DNA of 64,000 nt from a virus (Duplodnaviria; Heunggongvirae; Uroviricota; Caudoviricetes). The translations under genes were made by a program, and so were the position numbers. The notes beneath the pieces are model-generated. The model was not told the origin of the DNA, did not search any database, and worked only from the letters and a program-made list of their open reading frames with translations. The stretch lies in the IMG/VR virus record IMGVR_UViG_3300029887_000004; one strand, written 5' to 3'. This document shows, one piece after another, positions 10,954 through 20,003 of this stretch. The stretch's first letter is position 1. Every line of letters begins with the position of its first letter.

Positions 10954-11178
10954 TAATTTTTGTCCTCCTAAAATTAAAATTTATATTATTGTTAAATAAA
11001 ACAATCTATTTTAACGCCCAATACATGGACGGAACACAGAATTAAATCTATGTTTAACTATGTAAACAGTGATTCAGGGCGCACAAACCCAAGGTATGCT
11101 GTTAGCCACCTCAAAATTTATCTATCCTGTTTTCACAAATATTTGAAAATTTGGAATTTATTGGCTGAATAGCCGAGA

Positions 11179-11544
11179 TTAATTATTTAAGAAATTTCTG
11201 ATATCATCCATCATTTTGTCTGCTTCATTAAGACAATATCTATATGTATTTTCCCCATCGTAATACTCAAAGTATGGGATTGGTTTTTCTTCTTCATCAT
11301 ACACATAACCTAATTCTGAATATCCATCAAAATATACAGATACATGCTTATTCTTATAATCAATGGTAAATCGAATAACTGCTCCAGCAAATGGAGGAAT
11401 GATTTTTACATTCCATTCTTTGTCAAAATGAAATACTGGTAATTTTTCGATCCATCCTCTAAAATCATGAATCTGTTCTGCTTTTGACAGAATTAATACC
11501 TTATTTAGATACTCTTCCATGTTTATTTCTCTCTCTTTCTTCAT
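11179..11544 (-). CDS. hypothetical protein
   Basis: Compact minus-strand ORF with a TAA stop and good coding periodicity. Confidence 0.5.
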   Translation of the reverse strand: MKKEREINMEEYLNKVLILSKAEQIHDFRGWIEKLPVFHFDKEWNVKIIPPFAGAVIRFTIDYKNKHVSVYFDGYSELGYVYDEEEKPIPYFEYYDGENTYRYCLNEADKMMDDIRNFLNN

Positions 11545-11842
11545 CTAATTCTTGCGCTGCATCCAATTTGTATGCAAAGCGCTTAGTAACAAAATGATCG
11601 CGATGATGAATATCACATGACAAATGGTACTCATCGAACTGCAAATTTGTTATTTTTGCATCTGATGAAATATCTGCTCCAGGCATACTGCTCGCAGTAC
11701 CATAATGAACACGAAGTCCACTATAATTTTGATATTTTTTACAGTAATCTTTCCAATCGTTAATTAATATCCATCTTGCTTGATGATCTTTAATATTATT
11801 CTCTCCATCGACTGAAAGATTTGTTTCGATAATTTTTACCAT
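11501..11842 (-). CDS. hypothetical protein
   Basis: ORF overlapping the start of its downstream neighbour, a typical phage arrangement. Confidence 0.45.
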   Translation of the reverse strand: MVKIIETNLSVDGENNIKDHQARWILINDWKDYCKKYQNYSGLRVHYGTASSMPGADISSDAKITNLQFDEYHLSCDIHHRDHFVTKRFAYKLDAAQELDEERERNKHGRVSK

Positions 11843-11844
11843 TT

Positions 11845-12060
11845 TTAATTACCTGCCGTCATAAGTTTTGGAACCGCATCAAAATCTCTTTTCGTTGTTG
11901 TTGTTATCCAACTTGGCTGTCTTAATTCTTTCTGTCCATCCTGATAACCAGCTTCATATGTTTTGTTCAAAAGCTCTTCGAGATCAGTTTTCTTAATAAC
12001 GATCTTATTATTCGGATCATCCTTATCTGGTTTGAAATCGTAAAATACAATTGGTTTCAT
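11845..12060 (-). CDS. hypothetical protein
   Basis: 71-aa ORF, tightly packed with neighbours. Confidence 0.45.
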   Translation of the reverse strand: MKPIVFYDFKPDKDDPNNKIVIKKTDLEELLNKTYEAGYQDGQKELRQPSWITTTTKRDFDAVPKLMTAGN

Positions 12061-12091
12061 TTTTCTTATTCTCCTTTAACTCTTGAAATAT

Positions 12092-12126
12092 TTTAGTTTT
12101 CTGCTATAATACCCATACAGGTCATA
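12092..12126 (+). promoter_or_regulatory. sigma-70-type promoter (TTGAAA -17- TATAAT) on the plus strand
   Basis: Reads cTTGAAAtattttagttttctgcTATAATacc, directly visible in the sequence. It drives a ~180-nt GC-richer leader and the small plus-strand ORF. Confidence 0.55.
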
Positions 12127-12310
12127 GCAGCCAAGTTTACCGCATACTGACTCAATAGCACGGCTATACCTGGGCTATATCAAATAACTCATGCGGTAGC
12201 ACAATTGTAAGTTGTGCGACAAGAATAAGTGAAAAACATATCTAGCCCGTTCTGGGCAAATACTTTTCCTGTTTTGAAAATATCTTACAGGAAGGAGGGT
12301 AGAATTTAGA

Positions 12311-12496
12311 TTGTACGATTTTGTAATTTTATGTGCAATCATTGGTATTGTGCTTTGCTATGTAGCAAAAATCATCACAGTATATTGGATCTGCAAGCAT
12401 CCAAAACTGTCTGATGAAAAAGTTAAATACTTAACCAGCATGATCTCCAAACCACACGATTTATCATTTCTAAAAGATCTGATTAAGCGTTCATAA
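12311..12496 (+). CDS. small hydrophobic single-TM protein (TTG start), type-I-toxin-like or holin-like
   Basis: RBS GGAAGGAGGG 7 nt before TTG. 61 aa with TM segment VILCAIIGIVLCYVAKIITVYWI. One of only three plus-strand genes called in the window; a terminator follows it. Confidence 0.5.
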   Translation: MYDFVILCAIIGIVLCYVAKIITVYWICKHPKLSDEKVKYLTSMISKPHDLSFLKDLIKRS

Positions 12497-12567
12497 TTTC
12501 ATATCCACCTATTGTATTCATACTAGACTTGTTTGTATATTCATTTATTCTCCTTTTAATTCAATAT

Positions 12568-12610
12568 TCTTTATCGTGGTCGAGTCTTGTGTATCCACTC
12601 ACAGGATTCG
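12568..12610 (+). terminator. rho-independent terminator (GGTCGAGTC...GATTCGACC + TTTTTGC)
   Basis: 9-bp inverted repeat with one mismatch followed by a T-run, downstream of the small plus-strand ORF. Confidence 0.5.
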
Positions 12611-12642
12611 ACCTTTTTGCACTTCCACATGAGGTTATTTTC

Positions 12643-13158
12643 TTAATCTAAAATCACATCTCCTGCAGAGATAAGTCCATATGCTTTTTTGATTGAGTTT
12701 TCGTCTAATACATATCTTTCACCTGCCATTTTCATTTCTTCATTAATACTATTAACAGAAAGTATTAGTTTTTCTTTTGCTACTTCCTTATTCTCTGCAC
12801 AAACAACGATTTTTTTAATTAACGGACTTTTCTTCCATCTACCGTCAAGGTCATGCCATTCCATGTTTGCAATTCCAGTATAAAAGTCTATTGCCGCCGA
12901 ATCTTCTTCCTCTTCATCGTATTCTCCATATTCACATGTATCGCAAGTAGAAAAATATTTGTCATGGACTTTGCAGCATTCTGGTCTATTATCTTCAAAA
13001 TCATCAAAATCAATTTTGGGAACATGCTTCTTTCTTTCAGTTACAACAATTGTATCCACAATAGGCTGGCACAAAATCACTCGATCAAATCTTGTTCTAT
13101 CCTTTTCAGATAAATTATTCCACTTCTCTAAAAGCGAATCTGCATCTATTAATCTCAT
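12643..13158 (-). CDS. hypothetical protein
   Basis: 171-aa ORF with a TAA stop. Confidence 0.55.
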   Translation of the reverse strand: MRLIDADSLLEKWNNLSEKDRTRFDRVILCQPIVDTIVVTERKKHVPKIDFDDFEDNRPECCKVHDKYFSTCDTCEYGEYDEEEEDSAAIDFYTGIANMEWHDLDGRWKKSPLIKKIVVCAENKEVAKEKLILSVNSINEEMKMAGERYVLDENSIKKAYGLISAGDVILD

Positions 13159-13187
13159 ATTGCTGCTCCTTTTATATAAAATAAGTT

Positions 13188-13571
13188 TTATTTAATGACA
13201 ATGTTTGGATAAACACCAACGCCACTATCATAAATTCTGTTTAATTCGTAAACTTCAACAATCCTGTACCATAAAAACGGTGAACCAATTTCTTTTTCTT
13301 GAAACAAATCCGGTAATCGTTCTTGTAATTCATCTGTTACAAATCCGCCAATTCCTAAAGTGTTGCCAATTTCAATTAACTCATCTAATGATACTGTTTC
13401 AATATTTTTTAACTCATCTGAAGGATCAGGATCATAACAAAAATCTATTCGATCTTTCTCTAGCTCAACTACTCCAAATCGATTATGTTCAGTTCTTACT
13501 ATCATCCCAGTTTTTAAGTCTGATTTTTTCAATGACGTCTCTCCTTTCATAAATTTGTGAAGCAATTTCAA
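13188..13571 (-). CDS. hypothetical protein
   Basis: 127-aa ORF. Confidence 0.55.
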   Translation of the reverse strand: MKLLHKFMKGETSLKKSDLKTGMIVRTEHNRFGVVELEKDRIDFCYDPDPSDELKNIETVSLDELIEIGNTLGIGGFVTDELQERLPDLFQEKEIGSPFLWYRIVEVYELNRIYDSGVGVYPNIVIK

Positions 13572-13712
13572 ATTTGCATCAATTAATTCACATATAACAA
13601 GGCTTAATTTCTCACTTTTATATGTGTAATATTTTTTAATTTACGGATGAAATTAACTTTTCATTAAGTCAAATGACACAATCGTCCATTATATTCCTTC
13701 AGAAAAGTAAAG

Positions 13713-13786
13713 TGGATCATACTGGACTTGAACCAGTGACTTCCCAGTTATGAGCTGGGCGTTCTAACCTACTGAACTAATGATCC
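13713..13786 (-). tRNA. tRNA-Met (anticodon CAT), 74 nt, no encoded CCA
   Basis: Reverse complement folds as a cloverleaf: acceptor GGATCAT/ATGATCC, D-stem GTTC/GAAC, anticodon stem CCCAG/CTGGG with loop CTCATAA, T-arm ACTGG-TTCAAGT-CCAGT. Confidence 0.8.
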
Positions 13787-13942
13787 TGGTTGCACCATAA
13801 AGCGAAGCTATGCACGACCTCCAATGGATTAGCCTTTCATAATACCTTTTCGCTGCATTTAGTTACACAAAACATACGATTTTTGTGTTGCGATATTCTT
13901 TTACTTCCAACTAAACAAAGTTGCATACTTTATGGTGCTAAA

Positions 13943-14023
13943 TACTGACGGTGGGACTCGAACCCACATATCTGTGATCCTGGTATTTGAAGCCAGTGCG
14001 TATACCAATTCCGCCACGCCAGC
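13943..14023 (-). tRNA. type II tRNA, most likely tRNA-Leu (anticodon CAA), 81 nt
   Basis: D-loop GGAATTGGTA (Leu/Ser-type), anticodon loop TTCAAAT, a 12-nt variable arm with a small hairpin, T-arm GTGGG-TTCGAGT-CCCAC. The acceptor stem needs two G-U pairs and the anticodon stem has a C-A mismatch, so confidence is moderate. Confidence 0.6.
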
Positions 14024-14179
14024 ATGTGTGCGATAGTTGCTTCATCCGTTTAGGACATTTCCTAACGAGGATGCTGATCCCAACCCATCGCTTAAGTGAT
14101 CAGTTTATTACAAGTGGAGGCTTGTGTTGCGATACATGATAAGTTTTATGTCTTTCATGCTTGGACAATTATCGATTTT

Positions 14180-14395
14180 CTAACAAAAAATTACAGCTAA
14201 CGTGATAAACAAGAAAATCAAAATGATTCCGCATGATACTCCAAAACTTACATCCTCTCCCCATCGTTTTTCAACATAAGCAATAATTTTATCATATGAT
14301 TTTGCGATAAATGTCATCCCAAATACAGACACAACTGCAATCGCAACAATTTCTAATACTAAAGTTAAAAATAACATTAACCAATATTCATTCAT
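14180..14395 (-). CDS. small two-TM membrane protein
   Basis: 71 aa, sequence almost entirely hydrophobic. Confidence 0.5.
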   Translation of the reverse strand: MNEYWLMLFLTLVLEIVAIAVVSVFGMTFIAKSYDKIIAYVEKRWGEDVSFGVSCGIILIFLFITLAVIFC

Positions 14396-14414
14396 ATATG
14401 TACATTCTCCTTAA

Positions 14415-14843
14415 TCAATACTGCCTAAAAGTAAAACTCTCGCCACACTCGGTGCAAACAACCGATCCAACTGATACTTCGGCAAAATCCTGAAATTCAT
14501 ACTTAAATCGACCATTTACGATTAGTTTATGTCTTTTTGTAAGATGTTTTTCAATCCACTCTCTGATCTTAGTATCTTCATCTTCCGTAATCGGAAATCC
14601 TCGATTCAGTTCTTCCTGCATTGCTTGCATTTTTCTTTTCATCATCTGCAATTTAGAATCTTTATAAGCTTCATCCCTTAATCTTTTATTCTCTTCTCTC
14701 AATCGAGTAATTTCTTCATCACGCTTTTTTAATCCATCTTCAACATTTTTGATAATGTACGGTGTCTGATCTTCTTTATTAGCGATTTGACAAAGGATCT
14801 CATTAATATTTTTATCCATTGTTTTATTCTCCAATCTCTTCAT
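14415..14843 (-). CDS. hypothetical protein (coiled-coil, C-terminal CxxC)
   Basis: 142-aa ORF. Confidence 0.55.
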   Translation of the reverse strand: MKRLENKTMDKNINEILCQIANKEDQTPYIIKNVEDGLKKRDEEITRLREENKRLRDEAYKDSKLQMMKRKMQAMQEELNRGFPITEDEDTKIREWIEKHLTKRHKLIVNGRFKYEFQDFAEVSVGSVVCTECGESFTFRQY

Positions 14844-15042
14844 TTAGCCACTGGATACAATCTTCAATTGCCTCATCTCTATACTTAAACTGTTTTTTAG
14901 ACGGTGATTGCCAAACAAGTTTTTCATCCAGACACAAATTTTCATCTAAAATATCAGCTGTCGATTTGATATCTAATCGAACCAAATATTCGGCTAGTTC
15001 ACTAACTGGCATAACTCTCAATATGTCTAGATTTCGCATCAT
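14824..15042 (-). CDS. hypothetical protein
   Basis: 72-aa ORF. Confidence 0.4.
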   Translation of the reverse strand: MMRNLDILRVMPVSELAEYLVRLDIKSTADILDENLCLDEKLVWQSPSKKQFKYRDEAIEDCIQWLNEEIGE

Positions 15043-15126
15043 TACACCTCCATATTCTCTCTTGTTGTATAATGTTATTTCACTTAGTACTCCGTGCAGC
15101 TATTACACCGCACAGAGTAAAATACA

Positions 15127-15861
15127 TTATTTCTTTTGAGCTGCTTTTAGTGCATCCAATTTCTTCTGGAGTTCTTCATCTTTCATCTTTTTATCCAGAC
15201 GCTTCATCTGAACGTCAATGGAATTCTTGTAAGCGATTCTTGTACCGTCAGCCTGTTCTTTTGTTTTCTGAACGCCTTCACGAACCTTTTCAAGCATTCT
15301 ATCTTCTTCTTGACTTGAAGTGCTTGTGGCAGATTGTAAAGATTTTACGGTTTCTGCAGCCTCGAGTGTGAATACTGCTTTATCCTTTTCTGCTTTTAAA
15401 GATTTAATTTCTTCCTGCAGAGCTGTTAAATTTTCTTTCTGTACATCTCTATTCTCTTTTAATTCTTTCAGAGTTGTCTTAATCGTTTCAATTTTGTCCG
15501 TGATTTCCTGCTGTCTCGCAAGATATACTTTTGCACCTTCGTCATCATTTCTATCAATACAGGATGCAACACTAAGATCCATCTGCATATTCTCTTTCTG
15601 CAACTGTCTTAATTGTGTTTCATAATTCTGGATTTTACCCTCGACCTGGGTATATAAAGAGTTTATTTTGGTGTAAGTATCTCCCTTCTTCCAAATAATA
15701 GAATTATAGTAGGCTTTTGCTCCATCTGGCGTAGATGCATCATTGCCAATGATTTCATCTGCTGTTCCTGATGCTCTCATTTTTAGTCTCTTACCCGTTT
15801 TAGTTGTTGTAAAAAATACAACTGCCGCAATCACAAGAATTACGATAATCAATACTGTCAT
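15127..15861 (-). CDS. membrane-anchored PspA/IM30-like coiled-coil protein
   Basis: N-terminal TM helix, long coiled coil, and a C-terminal region SATSTSSQEEDRMLEKVREG resembling the PspA FERMEEKV motif. Its ATG overlaps the stop region of the TerD gene. Confidence 0.5.
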   Translation of the reverse strand: MTVLIIVILVIAAVVFFTTTKTGKRLKMRASGTADEIIGNDASTPDGAKAYYNSIIWKKGDTYTKINSLYTQVEGKIQNYETQLRQLQKENMQMDLSVASCIDRNDDEGAKVYLARQQEITDKIETIKTTLKELKENRDVQKENLTALQEEIKSLKAEKDKAVFTLEAAETVKSLQSATSTSSQEEDRMLEKVREGVQKTKEQADGTRIAYKNSIDVQMKRLDKKMKDEELQKKLDALKAAQKK

Positions 15862-15863
15862 AG

Positions 15864-16502
15864 TTAATCCCTTCCTTCGTCAATATCAAGTCCAAAGTTT
15901 TTGAATAGTTCTGTCATACCACCCATATAACCAGATCCAAGAGCCTGGAATTTGAATCCATCACCATATTTATAAAGCCTACCCATCTCAACGGCATTGA
16001 GCTTTTCAAAATTCTCATTTTCAGAAAGATCATATTCCCATTTTGTTGTCGGATTGTCATAATCACAGATCATCATAGTTGCGTTATTAACCATTCCAAA
16101 ATTCTGTAGTCTCTGTACAGCTCTGAAAATAGTAAGGCAAATTGTGAAGTCTGTTCTATCTGATGGAAATGTATCTGCATGAATAATAAAATATTCATCA
16201 TAATGGTGTCCGTCAAAAGTAATTCCCTGAGAATCGTCGCCAGTAAGATTGTCTCCAGAATATTCTACCCACGGATATCCACTACCATCACCATATGTAT
16301 TATAGTTTACAATATCTTTTGGATAAGCTACTTTTCGATCTGAATTTGTAAGAAATCCATTAATATCAAAATCAATATCTGATTCACCTGCATAACGATT
16401 CTGATCCCAATTCACACCAATAAAAAAGTTTTTGATTGCAGTTCCATCTTCTTTTGTCATACTAATTTTCTGATTTTTGCTCATATTAATTACGTTTGCC
16501 AT
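15864..16502 (-). CDS. terD: TerD-family (tellurite-resistance/stress, Ca2+-binding) protein
   Basis: MANVINMSKNQKISMTKEDG...GVNWD...GDNLTGDD...RLYKYGDGFKFQALGSGYMGG aligns along the whole TerD fold. Confidence 0.8.
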   Translation of the reverse strand: MANVINMSKNQKISMTKEDGTAIKNFFIGVNWDQNRYAGESDIDFDINGFLTNSDRKVAYPKDIVNYNTYGDGSGYPWVEYSGDNLTGDDSQGITFDGHHYDEYFIIHADTFPSDRTDFTICLTIFRAVQRLQNFGMVNNATMMICDYDNPTTKWEYDLSENENFEKLNAVEMGRLYKYGDGFKFQALGSGYMGGMTELFKNFGLDIDEGRD

Positions 16503-16525
16503 AATTATGTATTCTCCTTTTCTTA

Positions 16526-17296
16526 CTATTTATTATTGAGCCAATCTTTATATTGTCTTAGAAGTTCTGTATATAATTCTTCATCTGTCATTTTGTCCAT
16601 GTCTTCTACTGCAATAAATCCGGTATTATCGCATTTTCTACTCTTCATATCATCCAGAGACTTTAAATAACTAAAGCTTTCATTTCCAATTCCAACAAAC
16701 TGTACAAACATATTGTAATTAGAAAGCTCTCTCACAATTTTATTTGTTTCTCCCGTATCCCAGTTTTCACCATCTGTAATAAAAATGATAAATGCTGGAA
16801 TTGTACTTGGTTCAATGTCCTTATAATAAGAAACAATGTCTTTCAAGACTGGAGCGTAATTAGTTCCACCCATGCTCATATGAGAATTCATCATAATTTT
16901 TCGAACATAGTTTTTATAATTATCAATTGTGATTGGTTTTAGAGAATCAAAATCATTTGAAAATAGCCAAGATTCCAACTCTCTATTGTCATCAAATTTA
17001 AGAGCGATTGGCAGAAGTCTTGTAATTACATTCTGTACAGATCCATTTCTAAAAAGATTACCCATACTTCCAGAATAATCCATAGCGAGCGCAACCCTTG
17101 CTTGATGCTTAGTCATATCAATTTTGCTTGATTTCGACATATTAATTAGCACATTATTTAGATTTTCTGCTGACTTAGACATGTCAATTACAACTGGCTG
17201 CGCTGCATTTTCTTCATGTACCACAGCGGATGTATTATCCGCCATAGTATTTGTTGTTGAAGTCTTTTTTCCAAAAAGTTTGTCAAATAGTCCCAT
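16526..17296 (-). CDS. vWA-domain protein with TerD-like N-terminal segment (TerY-like)
   Basis: MIDAS motif ALAMDYSGSMG with ITDGE further on. The N-terminus (VVIDMSKS...INMSKSSKIDMTK) resembles the start of TerD. Preferred start is MGLFDKLF at 17296 (RBS AGGAGAGGA) rather than the track's 17341. Confidence 0.7.
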   Translation of the reverse strand: MGLFDKLFGKKTSTTNTMADNTSAVVHEENAAQPVVIDMSKSAENLNNVLINMSKSSKIDMTKHQARVALAMDYSGSMGNLFRNGSVQNVITRLLPIALKFDDNRELESWLFSNDFDSLKPITIDNYKNYVRKIMMNSHMSMGGTNYAPVLKDIVSYYKDIEPSTIPAFIIFITDGENWDTGETNKIVRELSNYNMFVQFVGIGNESFSYLKSLDDMKSRKCDNTGFIAVEDMDKMTDEELYTELLRQYKDWLNNK

Positions 17297-19910
17297 GATT
17301 TTTATCCTCTCCTTTGATAAATAATTTTCGAATAACATCAACCACGATTACCGTGAGTGATAGTCCAATGATTGCGATCCACTGACTCATATTCATTGCT
17401 GTTACCTGGATAAGTCCACCGAGTACATTACATAAGGCAATAGTTCCAAGTACAATACCTGCTGCAATATATACAAATGTTTTATTGTTTTTCAGTCCAT
17501 TGAGCAAATTAATATGTTCTGTACGAATACCAAATCCATTGCATACAGACATGATGCAAAGCATTGCAAATCTTGCAGTCATAGCCTCGACATCTGTTGT
17601 AAATAATTTTGATACTGGTGAAAACATAAGAACTCCATATAGTACAATAAATGTTACTGTGCTAATAGCAATTCGTTTCTTTGCACCTCGAATAAACAAT
17701 CCAGAACCCTTCTTAATTGGATTCTCTGTCATATATTCAGCTTTCGGAGGTTCACCGCCAAATGATAATGAATTAAGTGAGTCCATGATAATATTGATAA
17801 TCAGAATCTGAACGGAAGCTAGTAATACTCCGCCAGATAAAATAGGAAATAGAATACTTAAAATAAGAAGTGAAAAGTTAATTGGCAACTGAAACTCCAA
17901 AAACATCATGATATCGTGCATAAATGTTCTGCCAAGTTCCACACCTCTAATAATACTTGCGAAGTTATTGTCTGTTAGAATAATATCGGATGCTTCTTTT
18001 GCTACATCAGATCCAGCATTCATACCGAAACCTACATCAGCTCGTTTTAATGCTGGACTATCATTAACCCCGTCACCTGTCATAGCTACTGATCTACCAA
18101 GCTCTTGTGCTAATGTTACAAGTCTCAGTTTTGTATTAGGTGAGCATCTGGAAATTACTCGAAGTACAGGAATAATTTTCTTGACTTCATCGTCAGACAT
18201 CGCTTCAAACTGTGCGTTTGTAAGGGCAAGATCACCTTCTTTATAAATGCCAGCTTCCGTAGCAACGGCTACTGCAGTTTCATGACAATCACCGGTAATC
18301 TCGATAACCTGAATGCCAGCTTCATGAGCGACCTGCACAGCCTTTGGAACCTCTTTTCTTACTGGGTCAATGACACCGATAATTCCTAGAAATACCATAT
18401 CATCTGGTAATGTATTCTCCACCAGCGGTGAATTAGAAAATGTAAGAGCGATACAACGCATAGACTTTTCAGTTAAAGCCTTAATTTTGTCATACAGCTT
18501 TTTCTTGCCATCCCCACCAAATGGAATGGCTTCTAAATCTAGCCAATGCGTACAATGCTCGATCAGTTTTTCAGGTGCTCCTTTATAATATGTAAACGAT
18601 TCGCCCCAGCTATATTTGCTCTCAAAAGCAGAATATTTATTTTCACTACTAAAAGTTTGCTTCTGAACTAATGGATACTTTCCAAAAATATCTTCACATT
18701 CTTTTGGATTAACAAGACTTAAAACTGCTCTGTCAATGGAATTTCCACCTGTGATATTATTCTCTGAATCATATGTGGCACTGTTGTTTAAGCAAATATT
18801 ATTTACAATATTTTTCCAAAGATCAGAACCATGATCTACTTCATTACCTTCTCCATCAATAATAGTTACAGGCGTCATAACACCAGTCGTAAGCGTCCCT
18901 GTTTTATCAGTACAAATAAGATCAACGTATGCTAACTCAGGAATCTTATTAGGATTTTTAGCAAGAATATTGAATCGTTCCATTGTCTTGACATTCTGTT
19001 TTGTAACAAGCTTGATAATTAATGGAAGTCCTTCTGGAACAGCAGCTACAATGATTGTTAGAGCAACCGAAATGTTCTGTGCAATCTTTTGGATAACTTC
19101 TAGCACACCACCATTGATATATTCTCTGAATCCAATATACGCAATATCCGTTACCATCAGTGCAATAAACGTGACGACTGCAGCAATCGTTCCATATCTC
19201 GAAATTGTATCACAAAGTTTATCGATCGCAATCTGAAGTGCTGTTTTAGGTGGCTCAAGTGTCTGCATTTTTACAAGTGTGTCACCATTTATGGTGTTTA
19301 CGCCAACTTCGCCTACGATCATCTTTCCTTCGCCAGACAGAATCGTTGTTCCAGCAAATAAGCTATTTTGATTCGTAAAATCATCGGTGGATGTTGATTT
19401 TTTGTATACATAACCATTAATTGGAATTTTCTTACATTCTTTACTTTCTCCGTTGATAGCAGCATTGCTTACAGAAATTTTACCCTCAATAATATATCCA
19501 TCCGCGTAAATTTCCTGTCCAGTTCCAATACAAACCACATCACCAACAACTAAATTATCTTTGTTGATTGTCTGAACTTGCCCATCTCTGATAACATCAC
19601 AATACCTAGTTGATGTCTTTGCTCTTAGTTCTTGTGTTGATTTTTGAATACCAAGCGCCATTTTTACACCAATATATGTACATAATGAAATAACTAAAAT
19701 CACCATGATTGGTTCTGAAAATGATGCCAATCCAAATACTGCAGCGAAAATCTCATATGCAGATAATGCTAATAACAGCATCAGCGTTTTATCACCAAAG
19801 ATATTTTCAATCGCAAATTCATACCACTTTTTAAGTTTTGGTTCTGGTAGTTTGTTTGAGCCATATTTTTCCCGACTCATTTTTACTTGTTCGTTTGTTA
19901 GTCCTTTCAA
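17283..19910 (-). CDS. P-type (type II) Ca2+-transporting ATPase
   Basis: ICTDKTGTLT, AVPEGLP, ITGD and MTGDGVNDSPALKRADVG motifs, with ~10 TM helices. 875 aa. Confidence 0.85.
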   Translation of the reverse strand: MKGLTNEQVKMSREKYGSNKLPEPKLKKWYEFAIENIFGDKTLMLLLALSAYEIFAAVFGLASFSEPIMVILVISLCTYIGVKMALGIQKSTQELRAKTSTRYCDVIRDGQVQTINKDNLVVGDVVCIGTGQEIYADGYIIEGKISVSNAAINGESKECKKIPINGYVYKKSTSTDDFTNQNSLFAGTTILSGEGKMIVGEVGVNTINGDTLVKMQTLEPPKTALQIAIDKLCDTISRYGTIAAVVTFIALMVTDIAYIGFREYINGGVLEVIQKIAQNISVALTIIVAAVPEGLPLIIKLVTKQNVKTMERFNILAKNPNKIPELAYVDLICTDKTGTLTTGVMTPVTIIDGEGNEVDHGSDLWKNIVNNICLNNSATYDSENNITGGNSIDRAVLSLVNPKECEDIFGKYPLVQKQTFSSENKYSAFESKYSWGESFTYYKGAPEKLIEHCTHWLDLEAIPFGGDGKKKLYDKIKALTEKSMRCIALTFSNSPLVENTLPDDMVFLGIIGVIDPVRKEVPKAVQVAHEAGIQVIEITGDCHETAVAVATEAGIYKEGDLALTNAQFEAMSDDEVKKIIPVLRVISRCSPNTKLRLVTLAQELGRSVAMTGDGVNDSPALKRADVGFGMNAGSDVAKEASDIILTDNNFASIIRGVELGRTFMHDIMMFLEFQLPINFSLLILSILFPILSGGVLLASVQILIINIIMDSLNSLSFGGEPPKAEYMTENPIKKGSGLFIRGAKKRIAISTVTFIVLYGVLMFSPVSKLFTTDVEAMTARFAMLCIMSVCNGFGIRTEHINLLNGLKNNKTFVYIAAGIVLGTIALCNVLGGLIQVTAMNMSQWIAIIGLSLTVIVVDVIRKLFIKGEDKNHGTI

Positions 19911-20003
19911 TTTTACACTCCTTTTCTATTTGTTTTAGAATATCTATAACAAAGATAGTCCAAAAATAATAATGACCATCTTAGTCATCTTAATTTTTAT
20001 TCT

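Noticed and set aside
13943-14023. Second tRNA as a UGA suppressor (anticodon UCA), since the loop contains ...TTCAAAT...
   Set aside because: With a standard 7-nt loop the central triplet is CAA. UCA requires a non-canonical 9-nt loop with off-centre anticodon. The D-loop and variable arm are Leu-type.
17297-17341. N-terminal extension of the vWA gene (MMLFENYLSKERIKI)
   Set aside because: It overlaps the C-terminus of the ATPase gene and lacks an RBS. The internal ATG at 17296 has a strong RBS.
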